A DNA stretch of 37,214 nucleotides from NCBI GenBank assembly GCA_032718475.1, contig JAUCBJ010002785.1, positions 1 through 37,214 on the forward strand, written 5' to 3'. This document shows positions 1 through 10,136 of this stretch, piece after piece. The notes beneath the pieces are model-generated. The model worked only from the letters and a program-made list of their open reading frames with translations, did not search any database and was not told the origin of the DNA. The DNA comes from Nemertoderma westbladi (taxonomy: Eukaryota; Animalia; Xenacoelomorpha). The first letter of the stretch is position 1, and every line of letters starts with the position of its first letter. The position numbers were made by a program, and so were the translations under genes.

Positions 1-1170
1 CCTCACTTCCCTCACTTCCCTCACTTCCCTCACTGCCTCACTGCCTCACTTCCCTCACTTCCCTCACTTCCCTCACTTCCCTCACTTCCCTCACTTCCCT
101 CACTTCCCTCACTTCCCTCACTTCCCTCACTCCCTCACTTCCCTCACTTCCCTCACTTCCCTCACTTCCCTCACTTCCCTCACTTCCCTCACTCCCCTCA
201 CTTCCCTCACTTCCCTCACTTCCCTCACTTCCCTCACTCCCCTCACTTCCCTCACTTCCCTCACTTCCCTCACTTCCCTCACTTCCCTCACTTCCCTCAC
301 TTCCCTCACTTCCCTCACTTCCCTCACTTCCCTCACTTCCCTCACTTCCCTCACTCCCCTCACTTCCCTCACTTCCCTCACTTCCCTCACTTCCCTCACT
401 TCCCTCACTTCCCTCACTTCCCTCACTTCCCTCACTTCCCTCACTTCCCTCACTTCCCTCACTTCCCTCACTTCCCTCACTTCCCTCACTCCCTCACTTC
501 CCTCACTTCCCTCACTTCCCTCACTTCCCTCACTGTCTCACTTCCCTCACTTCCCTCACTTCCCTCACTTCCCTCATTTCCCTCACTTCCCTCACTTCCC
601 TCACTTCCCTCACTTCCCTCACTTCCCTCACTGCCTCACTGCCTCACTCCCTCACTTCCCTCACTTCCCTCACTTCCCTCACTTCCCTCACTTCCCTCAC
701 TTCCCTCACTTCCCTCACTTCCCTCACTTCCCTCACTTCCCTCACTTCCCTCACTCCCCTCACTTCCCTCACTTCCCTCACTTCCCTCACTTCCCTCACT
801 TCCCTCACTTCCCTCACTTCCCTCACTTCCCTCACTTCCCTCACTTCCCTCACTTCCCTCACTTCCCTCACTTCCCTCACTTCCCTCACTTCCCTCACTT
901 CCCTCACTTCCCTCACTTCCCTCACTTCCCTCACTTCCCTCACTCCCTCACTCCCTCACTTCCCTCACTTCCCTCACTTCCCTCACTTCCCTCACTTCCC
1001 TCACTCCCTCACTTCCCTCACTTCCCTCACTCCCTCACTTCCCTCACTTCCCTCACTTCCCTCACTTCCCTCACTTCCCTCACTTCCCTCACTTCCCTCA
1101 CTCCCTCACTTCCCTCACTTCCCTCACTTCCCTCACTTCCCTCACTTCCCTCACTCCCTCACTTCCTCAT
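1..1170 (-). repeat. 9-bp tandem repeat (CCCTCACTT)n / (AAGTGAGGG)n, putative non-canonical telomeric array
   Basis: ~130 near-perfect units from base 1. The C-rich strand is at the 5' end of the window. 8-bp variants (CCCTCACT) become more frequent near the junction at ~950-1170. The REVREV ORFs are translation artefacts. Confidence 0.75.
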
Positions 1171-1993
1171 TCCTGTACACTAGCTTTGACTCTCCCAGCT
1201 ATAGTGATAGTATGCAACCTTGGGAGTTAATGTGCGGTCTTATGAGTAAAGGGCAAGAGATTAGACTTCATGTTGCCTCCATTGATTCACTCTTCTTAAC
1301 TTTATAAAATAACTCCACCCTTATTTAAAGTTTTAAAAATTATGACTTATTCGGCTAATTTTCCAAAATATATTATAAAAAACATATAATTTCTTGAATA
1401 AATAATGGGAATGCGGTGAATGGGGGCTATTATAGAGGGAGGCTAGAATGGAGTTGTGAAAGAAGAATAATCTATTGCAAGACCAGATGTTTATTATAAT
1501 TTTCTTAGGCTGTTTGACAATGGTTTAACTCAACATAGGATTCAATGGTGGGGTTAGTCATGCTACGTCTAATAAGAGCCCAAACGGCCGCAGATTATTG
1601 AGGGATTGAACCAGGGCCAAACTGGTCCATTTTATTTTCTTGAAAGGGTAATTTATGTTTTGGGCCCCGCTCGCATCTTTATATTTCATTCTATCATTCT
1701 ATTGTACGGCAAAAATAATACAAATGTACTGTATATTGTATTGCACAGTGCCTATTGTATTGTATATTTCATTTGCTGTAGTACAATTTATTCATCTCGC
1801 GTCCCTATCTGATTGATTTGTGTCAAATTAAATTGCCTTTGGCAACATTATTTGATACAAATCGATTGATTAAACAATTAATTAATTGTTTAATCGACCA
1901 ATTAATTAATTGTTTAATTAATTAATGACCTACTTAACACCCAAGGTGCGAAGTAGGTCCAACTGTCGCCAAGAGTGGCAAACCATTACTACT
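1171..1993. mobile_element. Truncated terminus of a second Polinton/Maverick-like subfamily
   Basis: Ends in …TACTACT at 1993 with GGTCCAACTGTC at 1956-1967, the same 26-nt spacing to the end as 32684-32695 in the main element. 1351-1404 matches internal sequence 17948-18001 (3 mismatches in 54 nt). Confidence 0.7.
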
Positions 1994-2139
1994 AATAGCC
2001 TTTTCATAAAAGATATTTCATTAAGACTTAACAACACTTAGTGTTGTTGTTTGTATGTTATTGTGAAATAAGTATATTTTAATGAATAATTATTATCATA
2101 TAATAAAACAACTTGGCCTTTTCATTCAGTTACAGTCAT

Positions 2140-2202
2140 GGGCCGAAACGTCCGGACCGAATCGTCCGGGCCGAAACGTCCTAGGCCGAAACGTCTGTAT
2201 AC
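2140..2202 (-). mobile_element. MULE/MITE-like terminus with GGCCGAAACGTC subterminal repeats (mirror copy ~35345-35408)
   Basis: Four tandem copies of a ~12-13-bp motif ending in …CTGTATACC; no partner end within the arm. Confidence 0.4.
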
Positions 2203-2486
2203 CAGCCAAAATATATCCAGAATTATAATCGCAGCCTGTGAAGGACAAATAGTGGCTGCACACACGGACACTTTCTGGCTGTAAATATGTGGACAATTTT
2301 TGGCTGAGCTCCAGCCAGAAAGTGACCAGTGTTCCTAACTGATGATTGCTACTGACTTCTTACTGTAATCAGTCAGTCAGTACCGGTAGCTTATAGCAGT
2401 ATAGGTAGTCGTAGTATACTGGTATAGGCTACTGTCAGACATATATACCAGCAGACCAGTACAGCAGTATATAATTTACAACTGCC

Positions 2487-2781
2487 AAGGTTCCACTGTT
2501 CCTCCTTGGTTTAGTGGTTGCATTGAATTCACATCTCCCGTAGGTCTGTAGGTCGTGGGTTCGAGCCTCACATGGGCCAGGGCTGTTTTCGTTTCGGCAT
2601 GAATGCTTTAAACAGTTAAAGTTCTGCCTTGCATCCTTAAGTGGTAGCTAAATGAATACTGGAGTTTCCTCTGGGGAGTAAAGTTCTGGGGGGACCGCAC
2701 TGGAAATAAGTCGTCAGACTTTGTGCGTAATCCCTGGCCTTGGCCTAGCGGCCGAAGAAAATTTACTTTTTACTTTACTTT
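2487..2781 (+). mobile_element. tRNA-derived SINE with LINE-type 3' stem-loop and (TTTAC)n-like tail
   Basis: A-box TGGTTTAGTGG (~2507) and B-box GGTTCGAGCC (~2558). 2692-2733 aligns with the LINE 3' UTR at 30531-30572. The head is shared with 6422-6519. Confidence 0.75.
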
Positions 2782-3120
2782 AACTGTTTAAATATAACAT
2801 GTAAAAAAATGTCCATCGGTAGGCTATTGTGACTTCCCTTAATTGTGATATATCTGCATACCAGGCCAGGCAGCCAGGTTAATATTTTTCCCCTTGTTTG
2901 TGAAATTAATTATGAGCGATATTTTATTTCGTGAAAGAGATAATTTAACATTTTTAATTTTGATGAAAAACTCCAGCACCAGCTCCAGCTAAATTCCTAC
3001 TCTAATTGAGCCATATGTTCTGTATTGTAAAACTATATCTGATACTTGGTATTTGAATATTAATTAACTGGCCAAGATACAACAATATCAGCTTCTCTAT
3101 AAAATCCAGCAAAAGAAAAT

Positions 3121-4302
3121 ATGTTACTGTACGACCTCCAAAATTCCCCGGATGGAGACAAGTTCCTGTATGCCGGTACCCTGGGCGTTGTTGTTTGCGA
3201 TGCAACGAACCTCGGAGTCATCGGGCGGTACAAAGATGGGGATGAGAGAGGAATAAACTGATGCGCTATATCGAGTGACTCTAAGAGAGTTGCGGGAACT
3301 GTCGTTAGTGAGGATGGTGGGGGTGTGAATGTTTGGGATACGGAGAGTCGTGAGCTGTTGTTCCACGTCGCTCACAATGAACTCCAGATAAACTCTGAGT
3401 CTACAGAAACACATCAATATACCCTCACCTTCTCCCCATTAGATCCCAACATGTTCTCGACTGTTTCTTTTGATGGAACTATATCCATTATTACCATAAA
3501 TCCTTCTGGTACCGCAACAGGTAATTCATTTACTCATAAAACTTGGGCGGCTCACAGTAACTGGGTATCCGCTGTCTTATACACTTCAGACAGTAAGGGG
3601 TTAATTACCTGTTCCGCCAATGGAACCATTAAACTCTGGGACCTCAAAGGGAACCTAATGAAGGTTCTTATGAAAGGGAAGATGAAAGTTTATTCGGTAG
3701 CGTTAAATACAGATGGTACTAAACTGTTAGTAGGGGTTCACGGGTTCACTAAATGTATTTCCTTTATAACCGGTGCGGAATTATGGGAACTGAGTGTAGA
3801 TGGGTCGAGGTTTAAATGGGAACCTCATGGTGGGAGGGTTGCTGTGCTGAGCGTGATATTAGGTGGTTCATCGTATATAAGTTTATTAGATGGAAGTAAT
3901 GGGAGGGTAATAGAGGGGTTTGAGGGTCGACCGGGTGGGTATGGGGACTGGTTCAGTTCTATTAACTTCTACCCAGAAGGGAATTACCTACTGATTGGTT
4001 ATATAGATGGAACTATTATTAGAATTAATATAAACCAAACCGATCAGATAGAACATATTAATGTAGGAGAAGTTAGTGAGAAAATTAAAGGAGCAAAAAA
4101 ATGGGAAGAAATGAGGAAATATGTTGGGAAGGTGGGTCCGTTAGGGGAAGAAATACAAGAAATGGTTAGGGAATTATTGGTGAAACAGGTAGAAATAAAG
4201 AGTAATACTGATGTTGAAGGAGAGGTTTTGGAGGTGAGTAATGACCGAGCTGAATACAGTGAAAGCGATATTGGTAACGAGATGTCATTCTATTGCTATT
4301 GA
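3121..4302 (+). pseudogene. WD40-repeat (beta-propeller) protein, left copy; in-frame TGA at 3259-3261
   Basis: The frame opens at ATG 3121 (MLLYDLQNSPDGDKFLY…) and continues past one TGA into the 325-aa ORF with WD motifs (VNVWD; AHSNWVSAVLYTSDSKGLITCSANGTIKLWD). No introns are evident. Confidence 0.7.
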
Positions 4303-4529
4303 ATCATTGCTATTATTGCTATAATGTTTGCTTATATTGTTATGGTATATTATTATTAATTCGTAGTATTTTGTTGTATCCGTTAGATATACTGTTATAA
4401 TTATTATTCAGATAAATATATATTAGGTATTAGGCCTATTTAATAAATAAAAAAAAATTAGAAATAAATTCACAGAGGGACAATACGAACTATCTGTCTA
4501 AAGAAATTTCCAATATGGGTTTTCGTGGT

Positions 4530-4820
4530 CCGTAATTGTGTTTGAATATGTTCTACGCATGTCCTTAGATCATCATAATGATAATTGGGTGATGGTAACT
4601 TCACCTACTGGCTCCAGAAGTCGAGGAAATCCTGCCAAGTACCTAACTGATTTAGACTTTGCAGATGACTTAGGAGTACACTCAGAATCACTAGAGGCAG
4701 CCCAAAAGCTCCTCAGCTCATTAGAACAGGCTGCTTCTAGTGTTGGTCTTTTTATTAACTCAAAAAACACCAAAATTTGACAGTTAACTTTGAAAGTCCT
4801 CAGCAAGTCTCTGACCGGAT
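4530..4820 (+). mobile_element. RTE-clade LINE reverse transcriptase fragment (duplicated 5' part)
   Basis: LTDLDFADDL…LEQAASSVGLFINSKNTK motif; ends at CCGGAT immediately before AGTAGT. Confidence 0.8.
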
Positions 4821-5920
4821 AGTAGTAGGGTCTTGGCCGGCTTTGTGACAGTTGGACCACACTGACTGGCGCCAGACTGTCTGGGTGACACCCAATGAAA
4901 CCCATAGGGTGTCATTGGCGCCAGACTGTCTGGGTGACACCTACTAATTAGGCTAATTAGACCCTAAATGACAGGTGTCATCAATTAATTAGTACAATTA
5001 ATCCCTAATAGGTGTCTTACGACTCCTAATTAGGGTTTAATTGATTATTCTAATTAATCAAACCGATACGCAATGGTGTCTGTGTTGTCCAACTGTTGCA
5101 AAGCTGCCCAAGAGGGTGTCATAAGTGACACCGCAGCTATTTTATTTATTAATACTTATCTATTTGTATTTAATTTATTGAATTGTATTTATTTTAATTA
5201 ATTATTTGTATTTAATTTTAATTAATTATTTGTATTTATTTTAACTTTTTATATTGGTTTCTATTTTTAAAATTAATTAGTTTTTATATTACACACCGAT
5301 GCTAATAACGTCATTATTGGAAGCATCTAACCATAGACTTGCAGCCTTATTTAGCCCTAGGGTATACAGCTCCCTTACTGGAACTATTTTGGAGTTAATA
5401 GCAGCGAAGCGCCTAAACTTAAGACAAGCTATCGCCTAGGTTACCAGTTACGCATGAATGAGCAATTTATCGAGGCCCCTCTTAAAATTCTTTATGCTGC
5501 GTCAGGATTGCCTCATTTAAGGAAGCCGAATCCCTATCGATAATCTAATTATGGTATTGTTTGCTAATCATTTTCAGTATACTTTTATAATTAAATAGGG
5601 CCCTCTTTTAATACATAAGTTTATATATACAGTTTATCTTCAATTTAATTTTTTTACAACACTAATTGTTCTACTGTATGATAATTTATGTTTTATAATA
5701 ACAAGCTATATCCGGTTAATCTGTATTAAATTTCTTTGTACTGAGGTTATCGAGGGCGCTGTTTCCAATGGTCCTATTCTCAAAACGATCTAACCTACTC
5801 TATATGCCCCCAATTAGCTTTAACCAAGCAACAGCTTATTAATAATAGTTGTATCCAAGCGCCCCGCCCCCCTCTCGTGACACCTCTGATTACTAATTAC
5901 TCTTACCTATATCCAGCCAT

Positions 5921-6331
5921 CTGCAGTTCCATAGTCTGCCGCTAGAGGGCGTATGATCTGAAAATTAACATCTTCTCTAACTTTGTTATTTTCATTCCGA
6001 ATAGGTTTAAACTCGGTAGGCATCTACTACGGCATAGGCCATATCTTTTGCGGAGTCATAGAGTAGTATGAAGTTCCCATGTCTGCCGCTAGAGGGCGTA
6101 TTATTTGAAAATTAACATCTTCTCTAGCTTTGTTATTTACAATCCGCAACACTATGAAGTTATATTGCTTAAGAGTTCTAAGGGGCGAGCCATGAGGCAA
6201 GATGTTTGAGGCTTATTTAGATATATTATTACTTAATTTTGACCCCCCAATCGGTATCTATTACAATATGGAATATATCTTTTGCGGAGTCATAGAGTAG
6301 TATGAAATTCCCAGTCTGCCACTAGAGGGCG
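5921..6331 (+). promoter_or_regulatory. Three tandem CTCF-like motifs within internal repeats
   Basis: CCGCTAGAGGGCG (5939, 6086) and CCACTAGAGGGCG (6319). The first is preceded by TGCAGTTCC, resembling the CTCF upstream motif. Confidence 0.5.
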
Positions 6332-6421
6332 AAATGTCTCAAAGTGAAAACCATATGGTAGCCATGAATTGGTTACTAGGCAATAATAATGCATTTTGCA
6401 AAGTTAGGCCTATTGCTGACC

Positions 6422-6519
6422 AAACGAAAACTGCCCTGGTTTATGTAGGGATCGAACCCATGACATACGGGAGATGTGAATTCAACACAACCACTACACC
6501 AAGGTGGAACAGTAACCTT
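6422..6519 (-). mobile_element. tRNA-like SINE head fragment (mirror copy 31032-31129, +)
   Basis: Reverse complement aligns with 2487-2594, with A-box TGGTGTAGTGG and B-box GGTTCGATCC. Confidence 0.7.
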
Positions 6520-6574
6520 CGAATTTGTTCGTTGACGTTCGAATTTGTAAGACTCTCATTTAAGACCTGACACA

Positions 6575-6838
6575 GACTATGCCTCACTGAGGCATAGACT
6601 ATGCCTCACTGAGGCATAGTCTATGCCTCACTGAGGCACTGAGGTATAGACTATGCCTCACTGAGGCATAGACTATGACTCACTGAGGCATAGACTATGC
6701 CTCACTGAGGCATAGACTATGCCTCACTCAGTGCCGCACTGAGGCATAGACTCTGCCTCACTGAGGCATAGACTATACCTCACTGAGGCACTGAGGCATA
6801 GACTATGCCTCAGTGAGGCATAGTCTATGCCTCACTTC
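6575..6838. repeat. 22-bp palindromic minisatellite (CTATGCCTCACTGAGGCATAGA)n
   Basis: ~11 units, each a 10-bp perfect inverted repeat around one base; occasional 8-bp CTGAGGCA duplications; no spacers. Confidence 0.95.
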
Positions 6839-7009
6839 AATATACGAGCACAAAAGACTTTACAAGCACAGGTTCAAATCCAACTAAAGCTCTATATATT
6901 TTGCATTGAAGTGGAATACTTTAGATGCTGGGGGAATCTGGTTTGCGAGGGATATTTGAATGGTGAGTATAACTATCCTTGAGAGTTAATGTGACGTTAT
7001 CTCACCATG

Positions 7010-7150
7010 GATGGGCGGGCGCTTTACCACTGTACTCGCATCTGCTCTCTCATTGGCTGTCTAACTTTCCTCCCTCGAGTCCTGATTGGCTGCCTAACTC
7101 ACCCTCGCACTCTGATTGGATAATCCATTCTAGCCTCCTTCTATAATAGC
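7010..7150 (+). promoter_or_regulatory. Putative Pol II promoter of the acidic ORF
   Basis: GC box GGGCGGG (~7013), three ATTGG (CCAAT) boxes (~7053, 7085, 7115) and TATAAT at ~7142, upstream of ATG 7306. Confidence 0.45.
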
Positions 7151-7305
7151 CCCCGTTCAACGCATTAAAAAGTTTTATATATTTTAATAAAAGTTTTATT
7201 TATTTAAAATTTTGTAAAATCTTTTAGCTAAAATCCGAAGATATTTTTAGTGAAGATGAAAAGAAAAAGAGAGATGAGCGTGATATATTAAATATAAAAC
7301 AGTCA

Positions 7306-8216
7306 ATGGAAAGTAAATTTCATAAAGTTATGAATATTTTGAAAGGGATACAAAAACAGTTACCCCTAGAAAATAAGGAAAATTTGAGTGAGAAAGATGG
7401 AGAAGAAGAGGATGATGAGATGGAGAATGAAAATAGTGAGGGTCAGGATGAAGTTGAAGAGAGTGAAATTGAGAACGAAGAAAGTGAAGATCAGGAAGAG
7501 GATGAAGAAAGTGAAGGTCAAGAAAAGGGTGAAGATAGCGAAGGTCAGGAAGAGAATGAAGAAAGTGAAGAACAGGAAGAGGATGAAGAAAGTGAAGTTG
7601 AGAACGAAGAAAGTGAAGAACAGGAAGAGGATGAAGAAAGTGAAGAACAGGAAGAGGATGAAGTAAGTGAAGGCGGGGAAGAGGATGAAGAAAGTGAAGG
7701 TCAGAAAGAAGATGAAGAAAGTGAAGATCAGGAAAGTGGAGAAGAGGATGAAAATGATGATAATGAGGAAATAAAGAGGCAATTACTTGGAAATAGAATC
7801 AATTGCGGAAAATTATTAAACATTTGAAGGAAAATGAAGAAAATAAAGAGGTGACATTGACCCAAGTTCTAGTTCTAGGAAGTAAAATTAAATTACAGAA
7901 ATTTATTAAACATTTAGAAGATAATGATGAAAATAAAGAAGGGATATTGAGACAAATATTAGGAAACAAAAATCAAATGCGGAAATTTATTAAACAAATG
8001 GAAGAAAATGAGGAAAATAGAGAAGAGATATTAAGACAGGTTCTGGGAAATAAAAGTAAATTATTGAAAATTAATGAACAATTGAATAAAATTAAGAAAC
8101 AGTTGGGTAATGAGGAAGATGAAAGTAAAGTAAATCAACCAGCTTTTACTAATTTTCGAAGACCTATGATAAAAAACTCTCGTTCAGTATATGCCTGCGC
8201 AGGACGACGCTATTGA
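7306..8216 (+). pseudogene. Glu-rich low-complexity protein with ~27-aa helical repeats; frameshift near 7800
   Basis: ORFs 7306-7827 and 7803-8216 join if one base is restored, judged by comparing the internal repeats (EENKEEILRQILGNKNQMRKFIK). Confidence 0.65.
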
Positions 8217-8245
8217 CATTTGTTTGTTTGAGTTCCTTTCATAAT

Positions 8246-8430
8246 AGTATTAGGACTATTTATCCATAACAATTATATTAGTATTAGGACTATTTATCCA
8301 TAACAATTATATTAGTATTAGGACTATTTATCCATAGCAATTATATTAGTATTAGGACTATTTATCCATAATAATTATATGAGTATTATAAATGTATTTA
8401 CCCCACAATATTTATTACTATTAGGTCTAT
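8246..8430. repeat. 34-bp AT-rich tandem repeat (mirror copy ~18005-18186)
   Basis: AGTATTAGGACTATTTATCCATAACAATTATATT x4 plus degenerate copies. Confidence 0.9.
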
Positions 8431-8517
8431 TTATTCAAGAAATTATATGTTTTTTATAATACACTTTGGAAAATTAGTCGACTAAAGTCAAAACAAAGTA
8501 AAGTCAAATTCTAGAAA

Positions 8518-8894
8518 ATGTTAAACTCTAGCGATTTAAACAATTTCCCCTTGGGGGAACATTATCAGGGATCTTTTCCTATAAATCGTCTAACCAATAA
8601 GCAGAATAAAAAAATGAGTTTCATATCAAATACTCAAGCGGCTCATTTACCCGGGATGCATTGGGTTGCAATTTTCGTAGACTGCGACCGTGGTGAATAT
8701 TCTGATTTATTCGCGCGATATCCACCACCGCAAATCAAAGACTGGTTGCTACGAAATACTAAAAAGTGGTTTAGAACGAGGCAGAATGAGGCGTTCAACA
8801 CCTGATGCGAACTAGTTGTGGAGGTTATTGTTTATTTTATTTATATGAAAGAGAAAAAACGGCTACTCCGTTAAATTTTTTGGGGAAGATTTAA
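8518..8894 (+). pseudogene. Adenain-like cysteine protease, frameshifted copy
   Basis: Matches 17541-17912 but a net 5-bp insertion at ~8786 moves the QH…SCGGYC motif out of frame; YFD has become YSD. Confidence 0.85.
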
Positions 8895-9739
8895 ATAAAA
8901 ATGAGAGACTGCTCGCCTGCTGGTTGAGGGAAAAAATCTCAACTTTAATTTTTATAAATTATATTATATTATATGTTACTTGTTAAGTGTTTTATGTTAA
9001 TTATTGAGTGTGTTATATATCATAAATGTTATAAAGTATTATCGTAGAGAAAAAATGAAAAATAACCGGTTAAACATCTTATATTTTTAAACAATAAGGG
9101 GGAAACAAGAATAAATAATTTACCGACAACATCAATATTAAATAATATAACAACAACAAATAAATAATTTACCAACAACATTAATAATAAATAATATAAG
9201 AACATCAACACTAACAAAAGATATAGTCAGAACAGTTTTTATTAAAGAAGACTGTTTATATTAATAGGGTTGCTGGTCTCCGTGAATAACGTTTGGTTTA
9301 ACCCTTTTAGGGTCCGATTAACGGTACTAGGGTGTATTAACGGCTGTGATAATTTTCTCTTTAATAACACATTAGAAAAGCCTTGTATGTATACCTCTAT
9401 AACTAATTATATTGAGTTCAAGGAATAAGCGAAATAGGTCCGTTGCAGAGGAATGCATCTTAAGAGGCTCTTCATTGTTATAGTCGGAGATGCCTGGATA
9501 TAGGAAAGGATCAAAGCGATGCCAGCTATAGTATCGTTGGAGGAGAGCCGTTGGAACATTAATGAAATACCCTTGGGCTATATACGGATTTGATGAAGTC
9601 AAGGCCGCGCTGGGATATTAGTGAGTCATCAACAAATAATTTTAAGAGGGGCCCTGATAAATTGCTCATTCATGTGTAACTGGTAACCTAGGCGATGATA
9701 GCTTGTCTTAAGTTTAGGCCCTTACTAATTGCTATATTA

Positions 9740-9808
9740 TGACCGATGTGTCTCCGATTTGGTCCGATGTGGTACCGATTGGGTCCGATGTGGCTTTTAG
9801 ACGGACCC
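9740..9808 (-). mobile_element. MULE/MITE-like terminus with CCGATGTG/CCGATTTG subterminal repeats
   Basis: Five short repeats ending …TTTTAGACGGACCC, similar in layout to the MITE end at 13850-13889; lies right at the duplication breakpoint. Confidence 0.4.
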
Positions 9809-9978
9809 GGACAGACTATAGATTCCACCAAATATTAAAACTGCGATATCTGAAATTAAATCAGCGTCCCCGAAAACCCGCGTAAATATAATTTTAGCTT
9901 TGTGGTCGGGGTATGCCTCTTTCCAACTATCCCATTTACAGAGTTCATTAACCAACCAGATCCCGTAAAGCAGGCAAT

Positions 9979-10136
9979 TTTGGGCAGGAAGTTTTGAACT
10001 TTGAAAGCAATTATCTCTGAATGACATTTTTTCACACGAAAAATACTAGTGTTTTTTTGGGCAGGAAGTTTTGAACTTTGAAAGCAATTATCTCTGAATG
10101 ACATTTTTTCACACGAAAAATACTAGTGTTTTTTTG
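9979..10136. repeat. 77-bp perfect tandem duplication
   Basis: TTTGGGCAGGAAGTTTTGAAC…ACTAGTGTTTT occurs twice. Confidence 0.9.

Larger units (their letters stand above)
1994..9723. repeat. Left arm of large inverted duplication
   Basis: 1994-7104 is the reverse complement of 27767-35633 (minus the LINE insert and small indels). 7927-9723 is the reverse complement of 16717-18502. Paired ORFs in the ORF track are near-identical. Confidence 0.95.
4821..9723. mobile_element. Inverted, insertion-free copy of the mini-Polinton/Maverick (second TIR truncated)
   Basis: Starts AGTAGTAGGG; TIR 4821-5489; inner part of the second TIR at 9638-9723; contains the acidic ORF and a frameshifted protease. 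Confidence 0.85.

Noticed and set aside
127-943. REVREV… ORFs
   Set aside because: Translations of the 9-bp repeat with no real start codon or gene context.
2500-2580. Functional tRNA gene (also 6436-6512)
   Set aside because: A and B boxes are present but I could not fold a convincing cloverleaf; it continues into a SINE body.
6575-6838. CRISPR-like palindromic repeats (also 27957-28209 and 30656-30978)
   Set aside because: Units are adjacent with no unique spacers, no cas genes, and the context is eukaryotic.
7366-7782. Phe-rich antisense and Lys-rich alternate-frame ORFs
   Set aside because: Shadows of the Glu-rich repeat.
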